64,000 nt of DNA, taken from assembly GCA_963702005.1 (NCBI GenBank), contig OY969696.1, positions 832,001 through 896,000 of the forward strand. The letters are read 5' to 3'. This document shows, one piece after another, positions 11,211-20,252 of the stretch. Under the pieces are notes generated by a model that was not told where the DNA came from, did no database searches, and saw only the letters and a list, made by a program, of their open reading frames with translations. Within the stretch, counting starts at the first letter, position 1. Every line of letters starts with the position of its first letter. Source of the stretch: Candidatus Aminicenantes bacterium (GTDB taxonomy: Bacteria > Acidobacteriota > Aminicenantia > Aminicenantales > JAFGBC01). Made by a program: the position numbers and the translations under genes.

Positions 11211-13618
11211 AGCCGGGAGAGGACCGCGAGGCCCGCGGGAAGAAGGAACTCGACCGTCGCCGGCCCCCCGGCCTTTTCCGGCTTCTCCTTGTCGTAGTAG
11301 TAGTCGTAACCTGCGAATAAGCGCGGCTTCTCGGAGAAGGGCGGGAGCTTAAAAATCGCGCGGACTCCCCCCAGATTAGCGTTTTCGTAAGATCCGACCT
11401 TGCCCTTGAACAGGACGAGCCGGGCCGTCTCCTTCCCGGCGGCGTCCGCGACTTCGAGGAAGGGGTTGAGGACGTAATCGTCGCCGAAGCGGAGTTCCCC
11501 CCCGTAGATGGAACTCGTCAACCTCCAGCCGGAGCCCGTCCGAGCGAGCGTCACGGCTTGGAAGTAATCATCCCCGCGGGTGTTGGGAAGGGCCGCGTAG
11601 CTGAAAATGTATTCGATCTTTTTTTTGGGTTTCCCTGCATCGAGCCGGACGTCGGCCAGCGGCATCTCTTTCCGGAGGCGGCGGGCGGGGTCGAGTCCGG
11701 GGACTTTTGAGGTGAAAGCGAATTCGTATCCGATCAGAGCCTTATAGCGGCCGGGAGCGAGCTCCAGGGACACGGACTTGGAGAAGGCCGCGACCCCGCC
11801 GCCCGGCTTTCCGAAATCGCCGTTTTTAAGGACGAGACGGGCCGCCTCGCGTTCTCTCTCGTCGACGAGACGGACATAGGGCATAAAGACCCGTTCATCC
11901 TTGCGGCGGAGGCCGGCCGCCTTGATCGAGCTCCTGAGCGTCCAGGCTTTGTCCGATGTCCGGACCAAGGTCGCCGACTGGGTGTACTCTTTAAAGTTGC
12001 CGGGAAAGCCGGGGTCGGGGCAGGTGCTGAGACGATAGATCTTGATGGTCGGATTGTGGAGGTCGATCAGCTTATCATCCCACTTGGGGACGAAGGTTTT
12101 GATGAGGACGGCCTTTTCATCGAGCGAGCGATAGAAAGCGGCCTGGGCCGGAAAGTCCTTGGGATAGGGAACAAACCGGCCGTATTCGAGGTCGCTGATG
12201 ACGGCGTATTCAACCCCGCGGCGGGCCAGCCAGTCGAGGTTGATCTGGCTGAGGCTGGGGGTCTTGAAATAGACGCGGTAGACCCCGGGCGATATAGGCG
12301 GCCCGTATTGCTCAAGGGCTATCTTTGTCTTGGGGGGGAGGTTGGCCTCGATCCAGTCCTTGGCGACGGTTCGGGTGTCGGGGCGGATGAGGTTGATGTC
12401 GAATTTTGCGACCTTGACGGCCGAAGGCAAGACGACCAAGACGATCAGGGCCGCGCTCAGCCAGCCGCCTCGCCTCGTCCCGGGCCGATCCCCGGGCACG
12501 GCCGCCCCTCCGCTGAATGGGCGCCGGGACAGCAGCCAATCCAGGAAGAAAGCCGCGATCAGGATGAAGAAAGGCGCCGCCGGAAGCATATAGCGCGTCG
12601 CATAGGTCTTCCAGGTCGAGACCGTGACCTGAAGGACTAGAGGGGCGGAAAACAGGATCCACTCCCGCCTCCGACTCTTGATGAAGCCGAGAATGAAGCC
12701 CCCCAGGGCGAGGACCTGAATGATGAGCCCCAAGTTCTCAAGGAATCCGTACCGCAAGTAGAAGAGAGGAACGCTGACCGACGGGGCCGTTCCATAATGG
12801 CCGAAGCTGAAGAGGTGGCCCGACTGCCAATTGAAATGGGATTTGAAGGTCGAAAAATCGGACAGGATATAGGGGCAGGATCCCAGGAAGGCCAGGATGA
12901 AAGCGACTCCCGAGCCGATCAGGGGGAGGCTGAATACGATCTTCCACAGCGGCTTTTTGCGTTCGAGCCCCCGAAAGAGGTGGGCCAGGAACAGGGGGAT
13001 GAATAGCACGTGGCCCCCGTACTTGGTCGCGAAGGCCAGGCCGGCGAAAAGGCCGGCCAGGAGGTAATCCCGTGTTTTTCCTTCTTGGTAAACGGCCCAG
13101 ACGAACAGAAAGGAGAGAACGATGAACAAGATCATCGGGCCGTCCGGATTCAGGTAGTGGGACGCCCGGTTATGCTCCAGGGAGAATATGAGGAATAGGG
13201 CGGCCAAGGCACCGACTCTTGGACCGTACATCTTCTTCCCGAGGACATACATGAAAAAGACAGTCAAGACGCTCATCAGGGCCGTCAAGAGGCGGCCGGC
13301 CATATAGAGGAGAGAAGGGTCCTTGGCGAAGCGACCGAGCAGGTCCTCTCTGGTGTTGAATTGGCCGGAGACCTTGCCCGTTAAATAGACACCTTCCCAG
13401 GCTGCCGCGACTAAATAAATATAGAGCGAAGGAATATAGAAGAAATGAGGGTTGAGATCACCTCTGAGGACGCCCGCCGAGAGCTGGGCGAATCGGGCTT
13501 CATCGACATGATAGACGTTGGGGAGCCCAAAGGACAGGCCCGCCAGCCTGACCACGACCGCCAGCAGGATGAGGGCGGCGACGAGGGCCTTGTCGCGGGA
13601 GCGCGTTTGAGTGTCCAT
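11195..13618 (-). CDS. GT-C (GT39/ArnT/PMT-like) membrane glycosyltransferase with a C-terminal soluble domain
   Basis: N-terminal YHVDE loop, many TM helices, GLAFATKY motif. Confidence 0.85.
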   Translation of the reverse strand: MDTQTRSRDKALVAALILLAVVVRLAGLSFGLPNVYHVDEARFAQLSAGVLRGDLNPHFFYIPSLYIYLVAAAWEGVYLTGKVSGQFNTREDLLGRFAKDPSLLYMAGRLLTALMSVLTVFFMYVLGKKMYGPRVGALAALFLIFSLEHNRASHYLNPDGPMILFIVLSFLFVWAVYQEGKTRDYLLAGLFAGLAFATKYGGHVLFIPLFLAHLFRGLERKKPLWKIVFSLPLIGSGVAFILAFLGSCPYILSDFSTFKSHFNWQSGHLFSFGHYGTAPSVSVPLFYLRYGFLENLGLIIQVLALGGFILGFIKSRRREWILFSAPLVLQVTVSTWKTYATRYMLPAAPFFILIAAFFLDWLLSRRPFSGGAAVPGDRPGTRRGGWLSAALIVLVVLPSAVKVAKFDINLIRPDTRTVAKDWIEANLPPKTKIALEQYGPPISPGVYRVYFKTPSLSQINLDWLARRGVEYAVISDLEYGRFVPYPKDFPAQAAFYRSLDEKAVLIKTFVPKWDDKLIDLHNPTIKIYRLSTCPDPGFPGNFKEYTQSATLVRTSDKAWTLRSSIKAAGLRRKDERVFMPYVRLVDEREREAARLVLKNGDFGKPGGGVAAFSKSVSLELAPGRYKALIGYEFAFTSKVPGLDPARRLRKEMPLADVRLDAGKPKKKIEYIFSYAALPNTRGDDYFQAVTLARTGSGWRLTSSIYGGELRFGDDYVLNPFLEVADAAGKETARLVLFKGKVGSYENANLGGVRAIFKLPPFSEKPRLFAGYDYYYDKEKPEKAGGPATVEFLLPAGLAVLSRLQLSP

Positions 13619-13783
13619 GAGCCAAGCTTTAATCTACAAAATGGGGGCGATTACGTCAACCTCGGAGGGCTGAGCGGCGCCGGGAGGGGCTGAGCGTCGT
13701 TTTTTCTGGTAGAGTGGAAACGGCGGGTCCATATGATATCACTATTTGCGGTTAGCCGATGAGGGTGATCCGGGGTCATAATA

Positions 13784-13842
13784 AATCATCGCGGGAATCA
13801 CCGCCCGTGATGATTGACCATTCCGATTCCGTCCCCTATCTT
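13784..13842 (+). promoter_or_regulatory. Promoter (TTGACC-17-TATCTT) with a 12-bp inverted repeat overlapping the -35
   Basis: AATCATCGCGGG (13784-13795) and CCCGTGATGATT (13804-13815); -35 at 13814, -10 at 13837. Confidence 0.5.
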
Positions 13843-13873
13843 GATAAGCGGAGTATCTGGATAAGGTAGCGCC

Positions 13874-16672
13874 ATGAGGAAAAAAACCCTAATTTGTTTT
13901 TTTTGCGCCGTTCTCGGCCTGATCCTCGTTCTTCTGGGCGGTAAGCCCCTGGCCGGCGGCGATACCCTGAAGAAAGTCTCGCCCTATAAGCTGAAGGTGG
14001 GAGCGCCCATTAACATCTCGAGCACGGGAGCGCCCTCCGAAGACCCCGAGATCGTGGCCGGCAACGGCGGCAAGGCCTATGTCGTCTGGGTCGAGGTCAA
14101 GGGGCCCAAAGAGCTCTGGTTCAACACCAACGAGACCGGAAATTGGGGGAACAAGGCCCGCGTCGACCCGCCCTTCTCCCTGGGGTCGGGCGAAGGCGGC
14201 CGCCCCTGCCTGGTCATGGATAAGACCGGCCGGCTCCACTACGTCTATCAGGGCAAGTCGTCCTCGGGCAATTACGAAATCATCTACAACAGCGGCAAGA
14301 ACCGGAGCTGGGCCGGGAACGAGAACGCCTCCCAGACGGACGGGGGCCAGGTCTGGGGCGGTTCGAACTACCCGAGCGTCGACGTTTCGCCCACGGATTT
14401 ATATCGTTACGCGGTCTGGATGGACGATTCGAGCTCCCCGGACCACTGGGAGCTCTTCATGCGCTTCAAGGGGCCGGAATCGACGGCTTGGAGCTCCCTC
14501 CAAGTCCTGCCGGGCTATCCGAACTGCTATGAACCCGAAATCACCATCGACGGGACCGGGACGGCCCACGTCATCTACACCCGGCGGGCCTATGGCAGCG
14601 CCGTCATCTGGTACATGTCGAACAGCACCCCGGCGGATCTGAAAGCCTGGACAACTACGACCATAATCTCGGGCCAGAGCGGAATCGATTTCCCCGAGCC
14701 GACGGCGACCTCTGACAACTACGGAAACGTCTATGTCGTCTGGCCCAATATGGTCAACGGCCAGAGCGACATCTATTTCCGGAAGAAGATCAACGGGGCT
14801 TGGCAGCCGATCGAGAACGTCTCTAAAACCGAGAGCGGCTCCTTATACCCGGACGTCGCCGTCGATAAGAACACCGGCGTCGTCGGAGTCGTCTGGCAGG
14901 AGAAGGTCGGCGCCACCTGGCAGATATTCTTCAAATACTTCCAGAACGGGGGCTGGGCCAGCGCCGTCAATGTCAGCAACAACAGCGGCCATAGCATGGA
15001 CCCAACCATCGCCTTCGACGAGACGGGGCAGGTCCACATCGCCTATGTCGGCTACGTCAACGGCCAGGAGGATATCTTCTACTCGGGGGCCGAAGGCGGG
15101 GCCATGATCTATCCCCCCATCAATCTCGCCGTCGAGAGCAAGGCGGCCAGCGAGCCCCATAAAAAATTCAACACCCTGACCTGGGAGGCCAACCCCGACA
15201 ACAAGGGGATTACGATCACGAATTACAGGATCTACCGCAAAAAAAAGGACCAGCCCGACGCCGATTACGCGCCGATCGGCACCGTCGGGAATACCGTCTT
15301 TTCCTACCGGGACACGGACCTCCCCAGCAACCAGCAGTTCACCTATAACATGACCTCGATCGCCGACGGAAACCAGGAGAGCATGGGCTCGGAGTCCGTG
15401 ACCGACGAGATCGTCCTCCCGCCCGTCTTCCCGCCGACCGGATTCGCGATCGTGAGCGATATCGGAAGCGGTCCCCACAAGAAGGACAACACCCTGACCT
15501 GGGCCAAGAACTCCGTCAATAAGGAGAGCGAGGTCGCCAAGTACAAGATCTACAGGAAGAAGGCCGAACAGTCATCGGAGGAATTCGCCTTCATCGGATC
15601 GGTCGGGCCGTCGGTCTTCAGCTACCGGGACCGGGATCTGGTCAACGACCAGAAATACACCTACAACATGACGACCTTCTCGACCTACGGGAACGAAAGC
15701 GATCCGACCCCTTCCCTGACCGACAAGGAAGTTTGGCCTCCGATCTATCCTCCGGTCAATGCGGCCGTGGTCAGCGCCCTGGGGGACGGCCCCTACAAAA
15801 AAGACAACACCCTGACCTGGGCCAAAAACGCGGACAATAAGCCCAGCGAGGTCGTCAAGTACAAGATCCTCCGCAAAAAGGTCGAGGACTCGCCGGCCGC
15901 TTACGAGGTCATCGGGTCGGTCGGGCCTGACGTCTTCAGCTACAAAGACAAGAACCTCGTCAACGACCAGCGCTACACCTATACGCTGGTGACCCTTTCC
16001 TACTTCGGGAACGAGAGCGACCGATCCGGGTCCGTAACCGACCGGGCCGTCTACGCTCCGACCTATGCTCCTTTAAGCCTCGCCCTCACGACGCGGCTCG
16101 ACGAAACCCAGACCAAGAAAATCAACGTCCTGACCTGGCAGGACGACCCCCAGAACGAGGACCTTCCCATCAAGAACATCCGGATCTACCGGAAGCTCGA
16201 CGGGAACGGGGACTACCTCTTGTTCGCGACCGTCTCGGCCGGCGTCCATCGCTTCGAGGATAAGAGCCTGGCCACGACGAAAAAATACCTCTACTTGCTG
16301 ACCTCGGTCCCGGCCTGGGGGATCGAGAGCGCGCGGAGCTTGCCCGTCTTGGAGGAGTGGGTCTTCCCGCCGATCAGCCTCAACCTCCAGACCCAGGTCA
16401 ACGACGGCCTGTTCTTCAAGGAAAAGATCAACACGATCCGCTGGAAGAAGAACCCGCTCAACGACGCCCGGACCGTCGTGAAATACGGGCTGTGGCGCAA
16501 GCTGGTCGGTCAGGACGACTCCGCGTTCAAAGTCCTGGCGGAACTCGACGCGTCCGTCCTGGAGTACCTGGACCGGGGCTTAGGGCTCGACGATAAATAC
16601 GTCTACGTCCTGACGACGGTCGACTCGGTCGGGAACGAAAGCAACAAGTCGAGAAACCTGCCCAAGGACTGA
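13874..16672 (+). CDS. Secreted beta-propeller + 5 FN3-like repeat protein (paralog 3)
   Basis: Signal peptide; same architecture as paralogs 1 and 2 with one extra repeat. Confidence 0.88.
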   Translation: MRKKTLICFFCAVLGLILVLLGGKPLAGGDTLKKVSPYKLKVGAPINISSTGAPSEDPEIVAGNGGKAYVVWVEVKGPKELWFNTNETGNWGNKARVDPPFSLGSGEGGRPCLVMDKTGRLHYVYQGKSSSGNYEIIYNSGKNRSWAGNENASQTDGGQVWGGSNYPSVDVSPTDLYRYAVWMDDSSSPDHWELFMRFKGPESTAWSSLQVLPGYPNCYEPEITIDGTGTAHVIYTRRAYGSAVIWYMSNSTPADLKAWTTTTIISGQSGIDFPEPTATSDNYGNVYVVWPNMVNGQSDIYFRKKINGAWQPIENVSKTESGSLYPDVAVDKNTGVVGVVWQEKVGATWQIFFKYFQNGGWASAVNVSNNSGHSMDPTIAFDETGQVHIAYVGYVNGQEDIFYSGAEGGAMIYPPINLAVESKAASEPHKKFNTLTWEANPDNKGITITNYRIYRKKKDQPDADYAPIGTVGNTVFSYRDTDLPSNQQFTYNMTSIADGNQESMGSESVTDEIVLPPVFPPTGFAIVSDIGSGPHKKDNTLTWAKNSVNKESEVAKYKIYRKKAEQSSEEFAFIGSVGPSVFSYRDRDLVNDQKYTYNMTTFSTYGNESDPTPSLTDKEVWPPIYPPVNAAVVSALGDGPYKKDNTLTWAKNADNKPSEVVKYKILRKKVEDSPAAYEVIGSVGPDVFSYKDKNLVNDQRYTYTLVTLSYFGNESDRSGSVTDRAVYAPTYAPLSLALTTRLDETQTKKINVLTWQDDPQNEDLPIKNIRIYRKLDGNGDYLLFATVSAGVHRFEDKSLATTKKYLYLLTSVPAWGIESARSLPVLEEWVFPPISLNLQTQVNDGLFFKEKINTIRWKKNPLNDARTVVKYGLWRKLVGQDDSAFKVLAELDASVLEYLDRGLGLDDKYVYVLTTVDSVGNESNKSRNLPKD

Positions 16673-16688
16673 AAAACTACCGCCCCGC

Positions 16689-18056
16689 TTATCTCTTGGG
16701 GAGGTCGAAACAAAGATTGAGGCCGAGCCCGAACTCCGTCCCGCCCAGCTTGATATCGACTCCGTTCTGGGTCGCGGTCGCCTGGGTGAATTTGATGTAG
16801 AGCTTGGCCGCCAGGAAGTCAAGCCCGGGGATGCGATAGTAAACGCCGGCCTGGGCATGGAAGCCGACGGTGTTTCCGGACACCTCGTGGACTGCGCTCT
16901 TCTCTTTGTAGCCGAACAAATCCATCCCGATCCCCGCGAAGGGCATGACCTCCCGGCCCTTGAGCAGGGCGAGAGCCGTGAATGAGATGGGGTGGAGGGT
17001 CAACGTCGTCGCGTCCTTGGTAAAGGTCGCCTTCCCATCCTTGGAGAAGTACCGGTAGGCGGCGGAGAGTCCGAACGAAAACTTCTCGGCCGAGACGAAA
17101 TACTTGGAGAGCTCGCCCCCGAAAATATAACCCGCGTTTCCGTAGACGTCGGTGTAGGCTGAGGAGGCGATGCCGTAGCTTCCGCCCAAGATACCGATTA
17201 GGGTATTCTGGAAGGGCCGGACGACGGCGGGCCCTTCGGCGATGGGCCGGACGGCCTGGGCCGCTTCTTTCCGGCCTTTAGCCGCTTGGGCCGGCCGGGC
17301 CTGGACGTCCTGCCAGAACAAGGTTTCGACGGCGTTGGGACCGGGCGTGACGGTAAAGGACGGCTGGTTTTCGTCCAGGGCGAAGACGACCTGGTAAGCC
17401 TGGCCGTCCGTCTTTTCGATCGTGATCCGCTTCAGGCCGGCTCGATTGATGTCGACGAATGGAGGAGCCGAAATCTTCTCGACCGGCGAGAAGAGGAGCA
17501 GGAGCCTGCCCGGCTGGGCCAGCCGGAAGCCCTGGAAGACCACCGGGCCTTCGGTCAGGACCTTGATTTTCATCTGGTCGTTGACCTTTTCGAAGGTGAT
17601 GTCCTTGAGGTCGGCGGGGACCGCTCCGGCCGCCGGAGCGGCTTCGGGCGCGACGGCTTCGGCCTGGGCCTGGGCTTGCCAGAAGGTCACGACGACCTGG
17701 TTCTGATTCTGGCTGATCTTGTAGAGCGGGAATGTCCCGGGAACGTCGAAGACGATCCGGGCGACCTGGGGCTGATACTGGGCGGTCCGGACCGCCGTGA
17801 CCCCGAAGGCGCTGACGTCATAGGCGGCCTCGGTCAGGACTTTGGTGACGGGCGTGAATTCGACGACGAGCCGGCCGGGATCGGCCATCTCGAAGGTCTG
17901 ATAGGTGAAATCGCCCTCGCATTCGATCTGGGCGACGAGCTCGGTTTCCGTTTTTTGGAAGGTGATCGACTTCAGAGTCGCCGGCTTGGCCTGCGCGGCG
18001 GCCATGACGCTTGCGGCTAAGATCAGGGCTAAGGCCATCAGGGTCTTTTTTTTCAA
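16689..18056 (-). CDS. Exported protein with two AMIN-like domains and a C-terminal outer-membrane beta-barrel-like domain
   Basis: Signal peptide; two AMIN-like repeats (YQTFEMADPGRLVVEF..VRTAQYQPQVARIVFD; FQGFRLAQPGRLLLLF); Gly/aromatic-rich alternating strands at the C-terminus. Confidence 0.75.
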   Translation of the reverse strand: MKKKTLMALALILAASVMAAAQAKPATLKSITFQKTETELVAQIECEGDFTYQTFEMADPGRLVVEFTPVTKVLTEAAYDVSAFGVTAVRTAQYQPQVARIVFDVPGTFPLYKISQNQNQVVVTFWQAQAQAEAVAPEAAPAAGAVPADLKDITFEKVNDQMKIKVLTEGPVVFQGFRLAQPGRLLLLFSPVEKISAPPFVDINRAGLKRITIEKTDGQAYQVVFALDENQPSFTVTPGPNAVETLFWQDVQARPAQAAKGRKEAAQAVRPIAEGPAVVRPFQNTLIGILGGSYGIASSAYTDVYGNAGYIFGGELSKYFVSAEKFSFGLSAAYRYFSKDGKATFTKDATTLTLHPISFTALALLKGREVMPFAGIGMDLFGYKEKSAVHEVSGNTVGFHAQAGVYYRIPGLDFLAAKLYIKFTQATATQNGVDIKLGGTEFGLGLNLCFDLPKR

Positions 18057-18080
18057 TGCGAGTCCTCCTCTACTTTTTTC

Positions 18081-20138
18081 TCAATCGTGGATCGCCTCGG
18101 ATATCGGTCCTTCAACGCTGTCCCGTCTTACGGCTTGGAGGTAGTAGACATAGCGGCGGGCGGGATCGATGAGCGCGTCAACGTACCGAAATCTCTCGGC
18201 GACTCCTGTTATGGGATATCGCGCCAGGAAGGTCAATCCTTCCTGCGGGGAATGATCCTCATTCCGAAAAACATTATACCCTATCAGGACGATAGGATGC
18301 AACACCTTGGGATTATGAACCCAGGTCAGGAGGTTGACGGGCCGGCTCATAAGGAGGCTCCTCTGGGTCGTCCGCTCAACCGCGGGAGAGGCCGGCCCGA
18401 AGGGCAGGACGATGACTTCATCATACCAGGTCCGGGTCATGATCTCATAGCCCTTGTCGGTCGGATGGACCTTATCGGAAAGAAGAGACCTCCAGCCTCC
18501 GTCGGCTTCGGGATAGTCGTAGAAAGCGTAAAACTGTTCGACCAAGGGAAGCCTCAGATTTCCGGCTAGGGCTCTGATCATGTCGTTAAGATTGAAGATC
18601 CGGTCCCGGTAGAATTTCACGCCCCAGCGCCAGTCGCTGCGGGGTATGATCGTGGCCAAGACCGGATAGACCCCGACCGCCCGGGCTTTATCGATCATCT
18701 GCTTGAGGTGGAAGGCCGTGGCGCTCATGGCGATCTCGCTGAAGATGACATCGTTCGTGCCTTCCATCAGGAGGAGGTACCGCGCCGGGTGGGCGGCCAG
18801 GACCGGCCCCATCCGGCCCATGCCGTTAATGGTGATCTCGCCCGGCCAACCTTCGTTGACGATCGAGGCCGCGCCGAATCGGGTTTCGAGCAAAGCCGCC
18901 AACCTGGGAATATAGCCTCGCTCCGGAGCGTACTGGTTGTCGATGACGCCGTAGGTGATGCTGTCTCCGAACCCGATATAGGTGTCCTCGACGCTGGCTT
19001 CTCCCCGGGAGGTCCGGGAAGCGGGGGCGGAAGGCGGGGGCGACGAAAGTCCCGCCAAGGCCGAGATTTCGAAAACCGCCGTCCTGACGGTCTCGTTTTC
19101 TTCCCAGGCTAGGGCGAGCCTTCCGGCGTCGGCGGCCGCCCGGATTGGGCGGCTCAAGGGGGATTCGGTCGCGGCGAGGGTCATTTCCCGCCCCCAAGCG
19201 CCGCCCGAACGACGCCTGGCCAGGATACGGCCGTTCCCGCTGGCGGAACGGTACCATATAACGAGAGGGCTTCCGTCAGGAAGAAAAACGAGGGACGGGA
19301 AGAAATCCTGCTCTCCGTTGTCGGTGAGGGCGCTTTCGGTCCTCCAGCGATTCCCATCCCGGCAGGCGGCCTGGACCTCATAGTCGTTCCCGTCGAAGCC
19401 GGACCAGACGAGCCAAGGTCCCCCCTCCCGGTCGGCCGCCGCTTGAAGGAAGAGGCGGGGCGAGACGGAGGCGGGCGCGATGGCCTCCGGAGAGCTGAAG
19501 GCGTCGCCGTCAGCGATCCAGGATGCGGCGAAGATCTCGGACCGGCCGGGCGCGTCTTGCGTCCAGAACGCCCAGAGTCGCAAAGGTCCGGCCGCGAGCC
19601 TTGTGCAGGAGATCTCGTTTTCCGAGGTGGCGATCGTAAGAAATGCGCCGCGCCGGGGGGACCAAACTCGGACGGAGTAAGAGAGGCCGGAATAGAAAAC
19701 GCCGGCGAGCCAGGGCCGATTGGCCAGGTCGAAAGCCAGATCGAGCGAAACCGGAAAATCCGTCCCGATCCGGGATTTCAGAATCGTCTCGAGCCGTCGG
19801 TCCAATAGGCGGGCGAGCCTAATTTCGTTCCCGGCCGGTCCTTCCTCGCCCCAGGCCGCCCAGAGCCCGCCGGAACGGTCCTTGCGGAGGATGGGCGCCT
19901 GGGTCAGGAGGTGACCGGATAAAGAACGGGCGATATAGTCCGGGCGCGAGCCGTCCGAGGAGGCCAGCCCCAGACGCTCTCCCGCATCCCGGAAGAGGAC
20001 CGTGAGATCGCCGCGCTCTGAGAACGCCGGAGAGGGCGAATGCCCCGTGATCGGCGGATTCTGATCCCCCTCTCCCGAGAAAAGCGCGGCCATCATGAGA
20101 AGGGTCAGCAGAGGGGACAACCGGAGAAAACGTCTCAT
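18081..20138 (-). CDS. Secreted SGNH/GDSL hydrolase with an N-terminal propeller-like region and a C-terminal FN3-like module
   Basis: GFGDSITYG (block I), EGTND (block III), DKVHP (block V). Start set at MRRFLRL, a signal-peptide-like sequence. Confidence 0.85.
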   Translation of the reverse strand: MRRFLRLSPLLTLLMMAALFSGEGDQNPPITGHSPSPAFSERGDLTVLFRDAGERLGLASSDGSRPDYIARSLSGHLLTQAPILRKDRSGGLWAAWGEEGPAGNEIRLARLLDRRLETILKSRIGTDFPVSLDLAFDLANRPWLAGVFYSGLSYSVRVWSPRRGAFLTIATSENEISCTRLAAGPLRLWAFWTQDAPGRSEIFAASWIADGDAFSSPEAIAPASVSPRLFLQAAADREGGPWLVWSGFDGNDYEVQAACRDGNRWRTESALTDNGEQDFFPSLVFLPDGSPLVIWYRSASGNGRILARRRSGGAWGREMTLAATESPLSRPIRAAADAGRLALAWEENETVRTAVFEISALAGLSSPPPSAPASRTSRGEASVEDTYIGFGDSITYGVIDNQYAPERGYIPRLAALLETRFGAASIVNEGWPGEITINGMGRMGPVLAAHPARYLLLMEGTNDVIFSEIAMSATAFHLKQMIDKARAVGVYPVLATIIPRSDWRWGVKFYRDRIFNLNDMIRALAGNLRLPLVEQFYAFYDYPEADGGWRSLLSDKVHPTDKGYEIMTRTWYDEVIVLPFGPASPAVERTTQRSLLMSRPVNLLTWVHNPKVLHPIVLIGYNVFRNEDHSPQEGLTFLARYPITGVAERFRYVDALIDPARRYVYYLQAVRRDSVEGPISEAIHD

Positions 20139-20252
20139 TTTATGGGAGTGTAATATAGCATAGCCCCCGACCGTTGGCAACGAAGCTACGGTCATTGACT
20201 CCAGGTCCATGCTGATATAAGTTAATCGTTGATTTTGCATTCAAGCCAGGAG

